Shown here piece by piece: positions 42,639 through 51,240 of a stretch of DNA of 61,934 nt (the first letter of the stretch is position 1; each line of letters begins with the position of its first letter). The notes below the pieces were generated by a model. That model was given only the letters and a program-made list of their open reading frames with translations, did no database searches and was not told where the DNA came from. The DNA is taken from contig JAQTYG010000004.1 of NCBI GenBank assembly GCA_028688375.1, positions 1 to 61,934 on the forward strand. Direction: 5' to 3'. The translations under genes and the position numbers were made by a program. This stretch comes from Patescibacteria group bacterium. GTDB lineage: Bacteria > Patescibacteriota > Patescibacteriia > Magasanikbacterales > GWA2-37-8.

Positions 42639-42666
42639 GCCCAATTAATTGGGCTTTTTTGTTTTT
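42639..42666 (+). terminator. Rho-independent terminator
   Basis: GCCCAATT-AATTGGGC followed by TTTTTTGTTTTT. Confidence 0.65.
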
Positions 42667-42778
42667 GAAAATGGCCAAGATTAGTCGAGAGTGTAAAGAT
42701 TATAAATATCAAAGCTGTATTTGTTGTAAAATTGGTTAACTTATGGTAAAGTTATGTGACTATTTCTGATCAAATTTT

Positions 42779-43258
42779 ATGAATAAACTTTGTTATTTTT
42801 GTTTTCACGACGAAGAGTCAATTTTTTTATTTTTACAAAAAATTGAGAATTATACCTCCGTCGTGAGAAGTATCGTGCTTGATATTTTGGTGATAGCAGT
42901 TATTATTTTTTGTTTATTTTATTATTTACCAAAAAATTTTAAAAATTGGAATTTAAGAAAAAAATATAAATATAGTGACAATTTCAGGTTAAGTCGTTGT
43001 TTAGATGACGAAGGTGACAAAGGACGTAATAAAGTATACCTTCTCAATGAGGAAGATAAAACATATAAACATATTGAAAACCCGAAAACATTAAATGAGG
43101 TATTTAAAATAAATGATTTTAAGAATCCCTCTAGGGAGGATAGCGAATGTTTTTCTAAGATAGAATATGCAAATGGAGGAAATATTGTAATTGATGAAAA
43201 TGCAATCAGTGTGGCAAATACGATTAATTTACTCAATTTACTTAGCGTTTTAAAATAA
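42779..43258 (+). CDS. Hypothetical membrane-anchored protein (very AT-rich gene)
   Basis: ORF with one TM helix (IVLDILVIAVIIFCLFYYL). No motif recognised. Confidence 0.4.
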   Translation: MNKLCYFCFHDEESIFLFLQKIENYTSVVRSIVLDILVIAVIIFCLFYYLPKNFKNWNLRKKYKYSDNFRLSRCLDDEGDKGRNKVYLLNEEDKTYKHIENPKTLNEVFKINDFKNPSREDSECFSKIEYANGGNIVIDENAISVANTINLLNLLSVLK

Positions 43259-43262
43259 AATT

Positions 43263-43793
43263 ATGAAATTTTTAAAAGAAAATTGGATTAAAATCGTTAT
43301 CCTTTTTTGCTTGGCAAGCGTAGCTATTTCAATTATCTATTATTATATGGTTTTTTTGCCGACAGAAAAACATGAAAAACAAATTACAGATAGAATAGCC
43401 GAACAAGAGAGAGAAGATTCTTTAAAACAAAAAGAACTATTTTCCAAAAGAGAAGGCTGCCAAAAATATAAAAAACAAATTGAAAATGAAATTGAGGAGA
43501 ATAATGATAAATATTCAACCACGGTTTTGAATGGGATATTCTTTAGCCCTGTAAAAAATACTTGTATTTATGTATCTGTAGAATGGCAAGACAATGGGGT
43601 GTCGTTAGAGAGCCCAGAACACATGATTGAGGGTATGACTTACAGAGTAACTGATGTTTTATCCGGGGAGGTTATAAAAGCCGTTTTCATTGATATAAAA
43701 AAACCACATCAAGATAATAGATCGCAGAAAGAAATGGACTTCTATAATTATGTTGAGTCGCTAACAGGGATATGCTATAGGTTTTGTCAATAG
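43263..43793 (+). CDS. Hypothetical membrane-anchored protein (very AT-rich gene)
   Basis: N-terminal TM helix IVILFCLASVAISIIYYYMVF. Starts 4 nt after the previous stop. Confidence 0.45.
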   Translation: MKFLKENWIKIVILFCLASVAISIIYYYMVFLPTEKHEKQITDRIAEQEREDSLKQKELFSKREGCQKYKKQIENEIEENNDKYSTTVLNGIFFSPVKNTCIYVSVEWQDNGVSLESPEHMIEGMTYRVTDVLSGEVIKAVFIDIKKPHQDNRSQKEMDFYNYVESLTGICYRFCQ

Positions 43794-43908
43794 TTTTATA
43801 TTTTTTTGGTAATTATTGAATTGCAGTTTTTTTAATTTCGTTCTGGAATGAAATAATTTGGACGAAGCGGGGTCGTATTTTTTTATAAAAAATCTTCTTG
43901 TATCGCTT

Positions 43909-43967
43909 GACTCCGACGCTTCGGTCGGAGTCAACCCCGACTGAAATGTCGGGGTTGAACTTTTTTT
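43909..43967 (+). terminator. Tandem CCGAC..GTCGG hairpins, the second followed by a T7 run
   Basis: GACTCCGAC-gcttcg-GTCGGAGTC, then AACCCCGAC-tgaaat-GTCGGGGTT-gaac-TTTTTTT. Confidence 0.5.
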
Positions 43968-44033
43968 CCGCTTATGTTAGTATAATTAGGCCTTTTGGGG
44001 CCCTATTTTTGTTTATAATTCAGTCGCTAAATT

Positions 44034-44133
44034 GTCATTCCCGCCCCCGCTTTCGCGAGGATAAACTCCAGCGGGAATCCAGTCATTCAACGACGGCAAA
44101 TTTAATTTGGATTCCCGCCTTCGCGGGAATGAC
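44034..44133. repeat. Two GTCATTCCCGC..GCGGGAATCC-family hairpins in opposite orientation
   Basis: 44034-44080 (interrupted copy) and 44109-44133 (GGATTCCCGC-cttc-GCGGGAATGAC). Confidence 0.7.
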
Positions 44134-44149
44134 AAGTTGTATTGATAAT

Positions 44150-46918
44150 ATGTCATTTCTTACCAAAATTTTCGGTGATCCGAACGCGAAAGTGGTCAAG
44201 GAAATTCTGCCGGTAGTGGAGAAGATCAATTCGTTTGAATCGGAGATGCAAAAATTGTCTTTGGACGGCTTAAAAGCCAAAACTTTTGCTTTTAAAGAAC
44301 GCCTGGCCAAAGGCGAAACATTGGACGATATTTTACCCGAGGCCTTCGCCACTGTGCGCGAGACCTCCAAGCGCTTGACCGGCATGCGCCATTTTGACGT
44401 TCAGCTGATCGGCGGTGTGGTTTTGCATCGCGGACAAATTTCAGAAATGCGCACCGGTGAAGGTAAAACTTTGGTCGCTACGCTGGCGGTATATTTAAAC
44501 GCCTTGGCCGGCAAAGGCGTGCATCTGGTTACGGTCAACGATTATTTGGCGAAACGCGACGCCGTCTGGATGGGCCAAATTTACGACGCGCTCGGTTTGA
44601 CCGTCGGCATTATTCAACAGCAATTAGTTTCATATAAATACAATGCTCAAGCGCGGGTGGTAACGCCGGAAGGGGAAGAGGACTTGTCTCAAGGCGGTAC
44701 CATAGATAAAGAACGCGATGTCAAAGGCATGTACAAAATTGAATACGATTATTTAGAGCCGTGCACTCGCCAAGACGCCTATCGTTGCGATATCACTTAT
44801 GGCACCAACAACGAATATGGTTTTGATTATTTGCGCGACAACATGGTGTCTGATTTGTCGGAAATGTCCCAGCGCGAATTAAGCTACGCCATCGTTGACG
44901 AAGTGGACTCGATTTTAATTGATGAAGCGCGCACGCCGTTGATTATCTCCGCGCCAGCCGAAGAAGCGGCCGATATGTATTACAAATTTGCCGAACTGGT
45001 GGAACGGCTGAAAGAAAATGAGGACTATAACATTGACGAAAAAATGCGCTCGTCCACTTTGAACGAGAGCGGCCTGCAAAAAATGGAAAAATGGCTCGGC
45101 GTGGCTAACATTTACGCCGAAGGCGGGATGGGCATGGTGCACCATGTGGAGCAGTCCCTGCGCGCCAAAGCGCTGTTCAAGCGCGACCGCGATTATGTGG
45201 TGGAAAACAACGAAGTGGTGATTGTGGACGAATTTACCGGACGCAAAATGCCGGGTCGGCGCTACAGCGAGGGTCTGCACCAGGCGATTGAAGCTAAAGA
45301 AGGGGTGAAAATTCAGCGCGAGAGCCAGACCATGGCCACGGTAACTTTCCAAAATTATTTCCGCATGTATAAAAAGCTGGCCGGTATGACCGGTACGGCC
45401 GTGACCGAGGCCGAGGAGTTCGGCAAAATATATAATTTGGAAGTGGTGGTGGTGCCGACCAACAAACCGGCGCACCGCACCGACCAGTCGGACCGGATTT
45501 ATCGCACCGAAGAATTAAAATACAAAGCCATCGCTCAGAAATGTAAGGAGTTACAGGCCAAAGGCCAGCCGGTTTTGGTCGGTACGATTTCCGTGGAAAA
45601 AAATGAACAGCTTAGCATATTTTTGGAGCAAGAGGGGATTGCTCATGAAATTTTGAACGCCAAGAACCACGAACGGGAAGGCGAAATCATCGCTCAAGCC
45701 GGCCGGGCCGGCGCGGTAACATTGGCCACCAACATGGCCGGCCGCGGCGTGGATATTATTCTCGGCGGAAATCCGCCGGACAAGGAATCGGGCGCCAAAG
45801 TGCGCACCGCCGGCGGTTTGTTTGTCATTGGTTCGGAACGCCACGAATCCCGCCGGATTGATAATCAGTTGCGCGGCCGCGCCGGTCGTCAGGGCGACCC
45901 GGGCGCCACGCAATTCTTCCTTTCCACTGAAGATGATTTGATGCGTATTTTTGCCGGCGACCGCATCCGCGCCGTGATGCAAACTCTGCATGTGCCGGAT
46001 GATATGCCGATTGAACAAAAATCCATTACCAAAATTATTGAATCAGCCCAGCGCAAAGTGGAAGGCTTCCATTTTGACATGAGAAAACATTTGATTGAAT
46101 ATGATGACGTGCTCAACAAACACCGCGAGGTGATTTACGGCAAGCGCCGGCAGGTTTTGGAAATTTATAAAGAGCAAAAAGAATTGTTGGCCGCCAAAAA
46201 CACCTCGGTCAGTTTGCCAAAAACTTTGCGCGATTTGATTTACGGTATGGTGGAAGAGGAAATTGAATCGGTGGTTTCTTTTCATACCAATGCCGAATCC
46301 ATGTCTGAATGGGACATGAAAGAAGTCGCCGAAACCATGGTGACAATTTTCCCGTTGGACGAAAAAGAAAAGAAAGCGCTGGCTGATTTTAGCACCGCCG
46401 GCGAGGCAAAAATGGAGGCAGTGGAGGCGCGTACCAAAATCATCGCCTATTTGACCAAATTGGCTAAAGAAAAATATGAAGAGCTGTTGGTTAAACCGGC
46501 CAGCCAGCCGGAGTTAGTTTTGGAAATTGAAAAACAAATGCTGTTACGTTCCATGGATAATCTTTGGGTGGAACATCTGGTGGCGGTTGATTATCTGCGC
46601 ACCGGCATCGGCCTGCGCGGTTATGGCCAGCGCGATCCGTTGGTGGAATACAAAAAAGAAACTTACCGGATGTTCAATGAACTTTTATCGCTGATCCAAA
46701 AAGAAGTGGTTTATTCCATTTACAAAATCGGTTTGGGTATTCAGTTGGCGCCGAGCGTGATGCAAAGAGGCAACATGATTTTAACCGGCGCGGAAAAAGA
46801 GCAAGGGCCGGGCACTCGGACGGGAAAAGTTAAAGACGAGGCGGGGAATGTCGTGGGGAGAAATGATTTATGTCCGTGCGGGAGCGGTAAGAAATATAAA
46901 CGGTGTCATGGTAAATAA
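44150..46918 (+). CDS. secA: Preprotein translocase ATPase SecA
   Basis: MSFLTKIFGDPN start, DEVDSILIDEARTPLIIS, and C-terminal zinc finger CPCGSGKKYKRCHG. Confidence 0.95.
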   Translation: MSFLTKIFGDPNAKVVKEILPVVEKINSFESEMQKLSLDGLKAKTFAFKERLAKGETLDDILPEAFATVRETSKRLTGMRHFDVQLIGGVVLHRGQISEMRTGEGKTLVATLAVYLNALAGKGVHLVTVNDYLAKRDAVWMGQIYDALGLTVGIIQQQLVSYKYNAQARVVTPEGEEDLSQGGTIDKERDVKGMYKIEYDYLEPCTRQDAYRCDITYGTNNEYGFDYLRDNMVSDLSEMSQRELSYAIVDEVDSILIDEARTPLIISAPAEEAADMYYKFAELVERLKENEDYNIDEKMRSSTLNESGLQKMEKWLGVANIYAEGGMGMVHHVEQSLRAKALFKRDRDYVVENNEVVIVDEFTGRKMPGRRYSEGLHQAIEAKEGVKIQRESQTMATVTFQNYFRMYKKLAGMTGTAVTEAEEFGKIYNLEVVVVPTNKPAHRTDQSDRIYRTEELKYKAIAQKCKELQAKGQPVLVGTISVEKNEQLSIFLEQEGIAHEILNAKNHEREGEIIAQAGRAGAVTLATNMAGRGVDIILGGNPPDKESGAKVRTAGGLFVIGSERHESRRIDNQLRGRAGRQGDPGATQFFLSTEDDLMRIFAGDRIRAVMQTLHVPDDMPIEQKSITKIIESAQRKVEGFHFDMRKHLIEYDDVLNKHREVIYGKRRQVLEIYKEQKELLAAKNTSVSLPKTLRDLIYGMVEEEIESVVSFHTNAESMSEWDMKEVAETMVTIFPLDEKEKKALADFSTAGEAKMEAVEARTKIIAYLTKLAKEKYEELLVKPASQPELVLEIEKQMLLRSMDNLWVEHLVAVDYLRTGIGLRGYGQRDPLVEYKKETYRMFNELLSLIQKEVVYSIYKIGLGIQLAPSVMQRGNMILTGAEKEQGPGTRTGKVKDEAGNVVGRNDLCPCGSGKKYKRCHGK

Positions 46919-46929
46919 ATTGTAAAGAT

Positions 46930-47256
46930 ATGCAATTACAAGACCTAATAAAATTTATAAAGAAAGAGGATAGACGGCTAAGAGAGCATTATGGTAATTA
47001 TAAGGATGAGGAAAAGCGTATATTGGCAAGAACGGTAAAACTCACCGAAGAATTAGGCGAACTGTGCGACGAAGTGTTGAGTTTCAATTCCATGCAACGA
47101 AAAGACAAGTTGGATAACCATGATGCAAATAATTTATCCGAGGAATTCGCAGATGTCATAATAACGACTTTATTGCTTGCAGAAGTTATGAAGATTGATA
47201 TAGAAAAGGCACTGAAGAGAAAGATTAAGAAAATCGATAAGAGATATATAAAATAA
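46930..47256 (+). CDS. MazG-like nucleotide pyrophosphohydrolase
   Basis: EELGELCDEV and EEFADVIITTLLLAE metal-binding helices. 108 aa. Confidence 0.65.
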   Translation: MQLQDLIKFIKKEDRRLREHYGNYKDEEKRILARTVKLTEELGELCDEVLSFNSMQRKDKLDNHDANNLSEEFADVIITTLLLAEVMKIDIEKALKRKIKKIDKRYIK

Positions 47257-47306
47257 TTCCTGCGGTAGGGTATTGAAGATCAAAAAGTGCCGCGGAAAAT
47301 AAATTT

Positions 47307-47630
47307 ATGAAAAAACTAAAATTTCGGCATAATTTAGTGGAAGAAATCATTGCGGGCAGGAAGACCATCACTTGGAGATTATTTGACGATAAGGATTTAC
47401 GTGCCGGCGATAAGTTGGAATTATTAGATTCGGAATCAGGGGAAAAATTTGCTGAAGCGGAAATTGTAATAGTTCGAGAGAAAAAATTAGGACAAATTGA
47501 AGGCGAAGATTTAAAAGGGCATGAAAAATTTGGGAGCAAAGAAGAAATGCTTAAAATGTTTAAAAAATATTACGGAGAGAAAGTCGACTGGAATACCACT
47601 GTAAAGATAATAGAATTCAAACTCTTGTGA
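47307..47630 (+). CDS. ASCH-domain protein
   Basis: Small beta-barrel pattern (IIAGRKTITWRLFDD..AGDKLELL). 107 aa. Confidence 0.55.
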   Translation: MKKLKFRHNLVEEIIAGRKTITWRLFDDKDLRAGDKLELLDSESGEKFAEAEIVIVREKKLGQIEGEDLKGHEKFGSKEEMLKMFKKYYGEKVDWNTTVKIIEFKLL

Positions 47631-48061
47631 ATATAGAAAATAGTATCAAAAAGGGAATAAAGTGTGTGATAAAATTCAGAGAGAAGATTTTGTTTGTGAT
47701 ACACACAAAGGGCATACAAGATTGGTCGCTACCTGGTGGAAAAATTGAGCATGGCGAATCTTCTGAACAATGTGCCAGAAGAGAATTGGTAGAAGAGCTG
47801 AATTTAGAGATTAAAACTCTGGAAAAGTTCGGAGAAACTATAAGTAAAGTCAACGGCGACCTCCTTGATTGCTATGAATGCGAACCTATCAACGAAAAAA
47901 TAAAAATTAAAGAAGACGAGATAACGCGAGCGCGATGGTTTGCTCTAGAAGAATTGCCCGAAAAGCTCGGCCCAACGTCAGAGGAAATTATGTTGCTATG
48001 GAAAAAGCACTGGCCCGCGAAGATATTATCATATTCTTGTGAAATAAACAATGAGCAGTAA
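47627..48061 (+). CDS. NUDIX hydrolase
   Basis: Nudix box GGKIEHGESSEQCARRELVEELNL. The GTG start overlaps the ASCH stop (GTGA). Confidence 0.8.
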   Translation: MNIENSIKKGIKCVIKFREKILFVIHTKGIQDWSLPGGKIEHGESSEQCARRELVEELNLEIKTLEKFGETISKVNGDLLDCYECEPINEKIKIKEDEITRARWFALEELPEKLGPTSEEIMLLWKKHWPAKILSYSCEINNEQ

Positions 48062-48158
48062 AGATGTCGTAAAAATAGCCCCATTTTGTCCACTTGCTTT
48101 TTTCTTTCAAATAAAGTAAGATTTTCGCACTAAAACAATCTATTTTTTTACTTAAAAT

Positions 48159-50231
48159 ATGGCCAAAAATACGAACGTCGTTAAGACCGTGACCCGTCAG
48201 CAGGTGAAATGGAGAGTCGCCGCCATTAGCGCGCTTTTTGTCATCTGTCTTTTGATTGTTCTGCCCACCTATGCCAATCGGGGTATTTCTTGGGTGAACA
48301 ATAAAACCAATCTCGGTATTCCGACTTTACCGGATAAAGGTTTCAACCTGGGTTTGGATTTGCAGGGCGGAGTACACCTGGTTTACCGAGCGGAGGTGGA
48401 CAGCATTCCGCCGGCCGACCGCGCTTCTTCGGTGGAAGGTGTCCGTGATGTGATTGAACGGCGCGTACGCGGTGGTTTGGGTGTATCCGAACCGTTGGTG
48501 CAGACCACCAAGGTGGGGGACGAGAATCACGTAATCGTGGAATTGCCGGGCGTGACCGACGTGAGCGAGGCCATTAAGATGATCGGCGAAACGCCGGTAT
48601 TGGAATTTAAAGAAGAGAACACCGAGCCGGCGCGCGATTTAACCGCGGAAGAACAAAAACAAATGGACGAATATAATGCCGCGGCCGATAAAAAAATACA
48701 AGAAGCGCTCAAAATCATGAACAACGGCGGTGATTTTATCGCCAATGTTATCGCTTTTTCGGAAGATTACGATGCTAAGAAAAATAACGGCAATATCGGT
48801 TTTATCACGGCCGCTGTTTCGCCGGAAATTTACGACTGGGCGCAGACGCACAAAGACGGTGAAATTTCCCGGGAAGTTATTAAAGATACCAACGGTTATA
48901 GCATCGTGAAAAGATTGTCTTCGCGCGATGGCGCTAAAAGTATTACCGCCTCGCATATTTTGATTTGCTACAAGGGCGCGGAATTGTGCGGTGGAGAACT
49001 GTCCAAAGCCGAAGCCAAAACAAAAATTGAGGGATTAAAAAATCTTGCCAATACGGAAAATTTTGCTCAATTAGCTAAAGAAAATTCCACTGAATCCGGA
49101 GCCAAAGATAGCGGCGGAGATGTAGGCACCTTTACCACGGGACAGATGGTGCCGGAGTTTGAAAAGGCGGTTTGGGACGCGCCGGTTAATTCCATTATCG
49201 GTCCGGTGGAAACCCAATACGGTTATCATTTGATTTACAAACGCGGAGAAGAAATGCCGAAAGAATACGAGATCGCCAGAATTTTTGTGAAAACAAAAAA
49301 TTCGGCCGATATTTTGCCATCGTCCGATCAATGGAAATTTACCGGTCTGACCGGCAAGCAATTGAAGCGGGCGACGGTGGTGCAAGACAGCCGCACCGGC
49401 GATGTTCAAGTCAGCTTGGCTTTCAACGACGAGGGCGCGAAATTGTTCGCCGATATTACCGAACGCAATGTTAATAAATTAGTGGCTATATTTTTAGATG
49501 GTGAGCCGATCAGCATCCCGCGGGTTAATCAGCCGATTTTGGACGGCAACGCCGTTATTACCGGTGATTTTAAGTGGGACGAAGCCAAACTGTTGGCTCA
49601 ACGCCTGACTTCCGGCGCTTTGCCGGTGCCGGTGGAATTGATTAATCAGCAAAAAGTGGATGCCACTTTGGGCGCCGATTCGCTGGCCGCCAGTTTCAAA
49701 GCCGGTATTATCGGTTTGATTCTCGTGATCCTGTTCATGATTTTGTATTATCGTTTGCCCGGCGCCGTGTCCGTGATCGCTCTGTTGATTTATACCGCCT
49801 TGGTTTTGGCCATATTCAAAATTATCGGTTTTACCCTGACTCTGTCCGGTATCGCCGGTTTCATTCTTTCCATCGGTATGGCCGTGGACGCCAATGTTTT
49901 GGTGTTTGAACGCCTCAAAGAAGAGCTGCGCGCCGGTCGAAGTTTGAAGAGCGCCATGGAGGAATCTTTCTTGCGCGCCTGGACTTCCATCCGCGACAGT
50001 AATATCACTACCATGATTTCCTGCGTCTTTCTGGTTTGGATGGGCACCGGTTTCGTTAAGGGATTCGCCGTTATCCTGTTCCTCGGTGTGATCGCTTCTA
50101 TGTTCACGGCCATTACCGTGACCCGCACTTTGATGAGGTATTTCTTCTATTGGTTCGGCGATAACGCCAATTGGATGTTCCTGGGACATAAAAAGGAAAC
50201 AGCCGATAGCCAAGAAATAGTAACCAAATAA
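48159..50231 (+). CDS. secD: Protein translocase subunit SecD carrying an internal tandem parvulin (PpiC-type PPIase) insertion
   Basis: SecD N-terminal TM, P1 base and C-terminal 5-TM core. Between ..PVLEFKEE and ..FTGLTGKQL lie a degenerate and a complete parvulin domain (ASHILI..GGDVGTFTTGQMVPEFEKAVWD..GPVETQYGYHLIYK). Confidence 0.85.
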   Translation: MAKNTNVVKTVTRQQVKWRVAAISALFVICLLIVLPTYANRGISWVNNKTNLGIPTLPDKGFNLGLDLQGGVHLVYRAEVDSIPPADRASSVEGVRDVIERRVRGGLGVSEPLVQTTKVGDENHVIVELPGVTDVSEAIKMIGETPVLEFKEENTEPARDLTAEEQKQMDEYNAAADKKIQEALKIMNNGGDFIANVIAFSEDYDAKKNNGNIGFITAAVSPEIYDWAQTHKDGEISREVIKDTNGYSIVKRLSSRDGAKSITASHILICYKGAELCGGELSKAEAKTKIEGLKNLANTENFAQLAKENSTESGAKDSGGDVGTFTTGQMVPEFEKAVWDAPVNSIIGPVETQYGYHLIYKRGEEMPKEYEIARIFVKTKNSADILPSSDQWKFTGLTGKQLKRATVVQDSRTGDVQVSLAFNDEGAKLFADITERNVNKLVAIFLDGEPISIPRVNQPILDGNAVITGDFKWDEAKLLAQRLTSGALPVPVELINQQKVDATLGADSLAASFKAGIIGLILVILFMILYYRLPGAVSVIALLIYTALVLAIFKIIGFTLTLSGIAGFILSIGMAVDANVLVFERLKEELRAGRSLKSAMEESFLRAWTSIRDSNITTMISCVFLVWMGTGFVKGFAVILFLGVIASMFTAITVTRTLMRYFFYWFGDNANWMFLGHKKETADSQEIVTK

Positions 50232-50235
50232 TTTT

Positions 50236-51150
50236 ATGAATATTCCATTCATCAAGTATTCGAAAATTTGGCTGGTGTTAAGCATTATTATCGCCGTGGC
50301 CAGCGTTTGGGCGATCGCGACTTGGGGTTTGCGTTTCGGCATTGATTTTACCGGCGGTTCTTTGATGGAAATTTCTTTCGCCAAGAATCGTCCGACGACC
50401 GAGCAAATACAAAATACTTTGGGAACGATTGACCTGAAAAATGTCATGGTGCAAAAAACCGGTGAAGACGCGCTAATAATTCGCACGGCGCTTTTGTCGG
50501 AAGCCGATCATCAAAAAACTTGGAAAACTTTGCAGGATGCTTTTCAGGCAGACGGCAATACCATGATTGAAAATCGGTTTGAGATGGTTGGTCCGTCGAT
50601 TTCCAATCAGCTGCGCCAGCGCTCTCTTTGGGCGATAATTCTCGTTTGTTTGGGCATCCTGGCTTACATCGCTTACGCGTTTCGCGTGGTGACCCGGCCG
50701 GTGGCCAGTTGGAAATACGGCGCCTTGGCCATCATCGCCATGTTGCATGACGTGCTTTTGGTGATTGGCGTGTTCGCTTTGCTCGGTCGTTACTTTGGCG
50801 TGGAAATTGACACCGCGTTTGTGGTGGCAATTCTGACCATTCTCGGTTTTTCCGTGCATGACACCATCGTCGTTTATGACCGTATCCGCGAGAAACTTTT
50901 GCATCGCACGGCGCAGACTTTTGAAGAAGTGGTTAACGCCGGTTTGAATTCTACTTTAGCTCGTTCGATTAACACCACGGTGACCACTTTGATCACGTTG
51001 ACCGCCATGTATATTTTCGGCGGTGTCAGCATCCATTATTTTGTGCTGGCCTTGTTGATCGGCTTTACCACTGGCGCTTATTCGTCCATCTTTATCGCGG
51101 CGCCGCTGCTGGTTTATGTGGAAAGATGGCAACGCCGAAAAGCGGCTTAA
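50236..51150 (+). CDS. secF: Protein translocase subunit SecF
   Basis: GIDFTGGS motif and a 6-TM core, immediately after secD. Confidence 0.9.
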   Translation: MNIPFIKYSKIWLVLSIIIAVASVWAIATWGLRFGIDFTGGSLMEISFAKNRPTTEQIQNTLGTIDLKNVMVQKTGEDALIIRTALLSEADHQKTWKTLQDAFQADGNTMIENRFEMVGPSISNQLRQRSLWAIILVCLGILAYIAYAFRVVTRPVASWKYGALAIIAMLHDVLLVIGVFALLGRYFGVEIDTAFVVAILTILGFSVHDTIVVYDRIREKLLHRTAQTFEEVVNAGLNSTLARSINTTVTTLITLTAMYIFGGVSIHYFVLALLIGFTTGAYSSIFIAAPLLVYVERWQRRKAA

Positions 51151-51160
51151 ATTAACAAAA

Positions 51161-51186
51161 AAACCGTCCGCTGGGGCGGTTTTTTA
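51161..51186 (+). terminator. Terminator after secF
   Basis: ACCGTCC-gctg-GGGCGGT followed by TTTTT. Confidence 0.6.
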
Positions 51187-51200
51187 ATTTCCATTTTTTA

Positions 51201-51209
51201 TGTTATAAT
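51201..51209 (+). promoter_or_regulatory. Extended -10 (TGtTATAAT) ahead of the small ORF / 477-aa gene
   Basis: Read directly, 32 nt before ATG 51241. Confidence 0.4.
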
Positions 51210-51240
51210 AATACCAGCTTAATTATTAAGCAGTTTTTAT

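Noticed and set aside
49494-50486. 330-aa ORF antisense to secD/secF
   Set aside because: It spans the secD-secF junction on the opposite strand and has no motifs. Both sense genes are clearly real.
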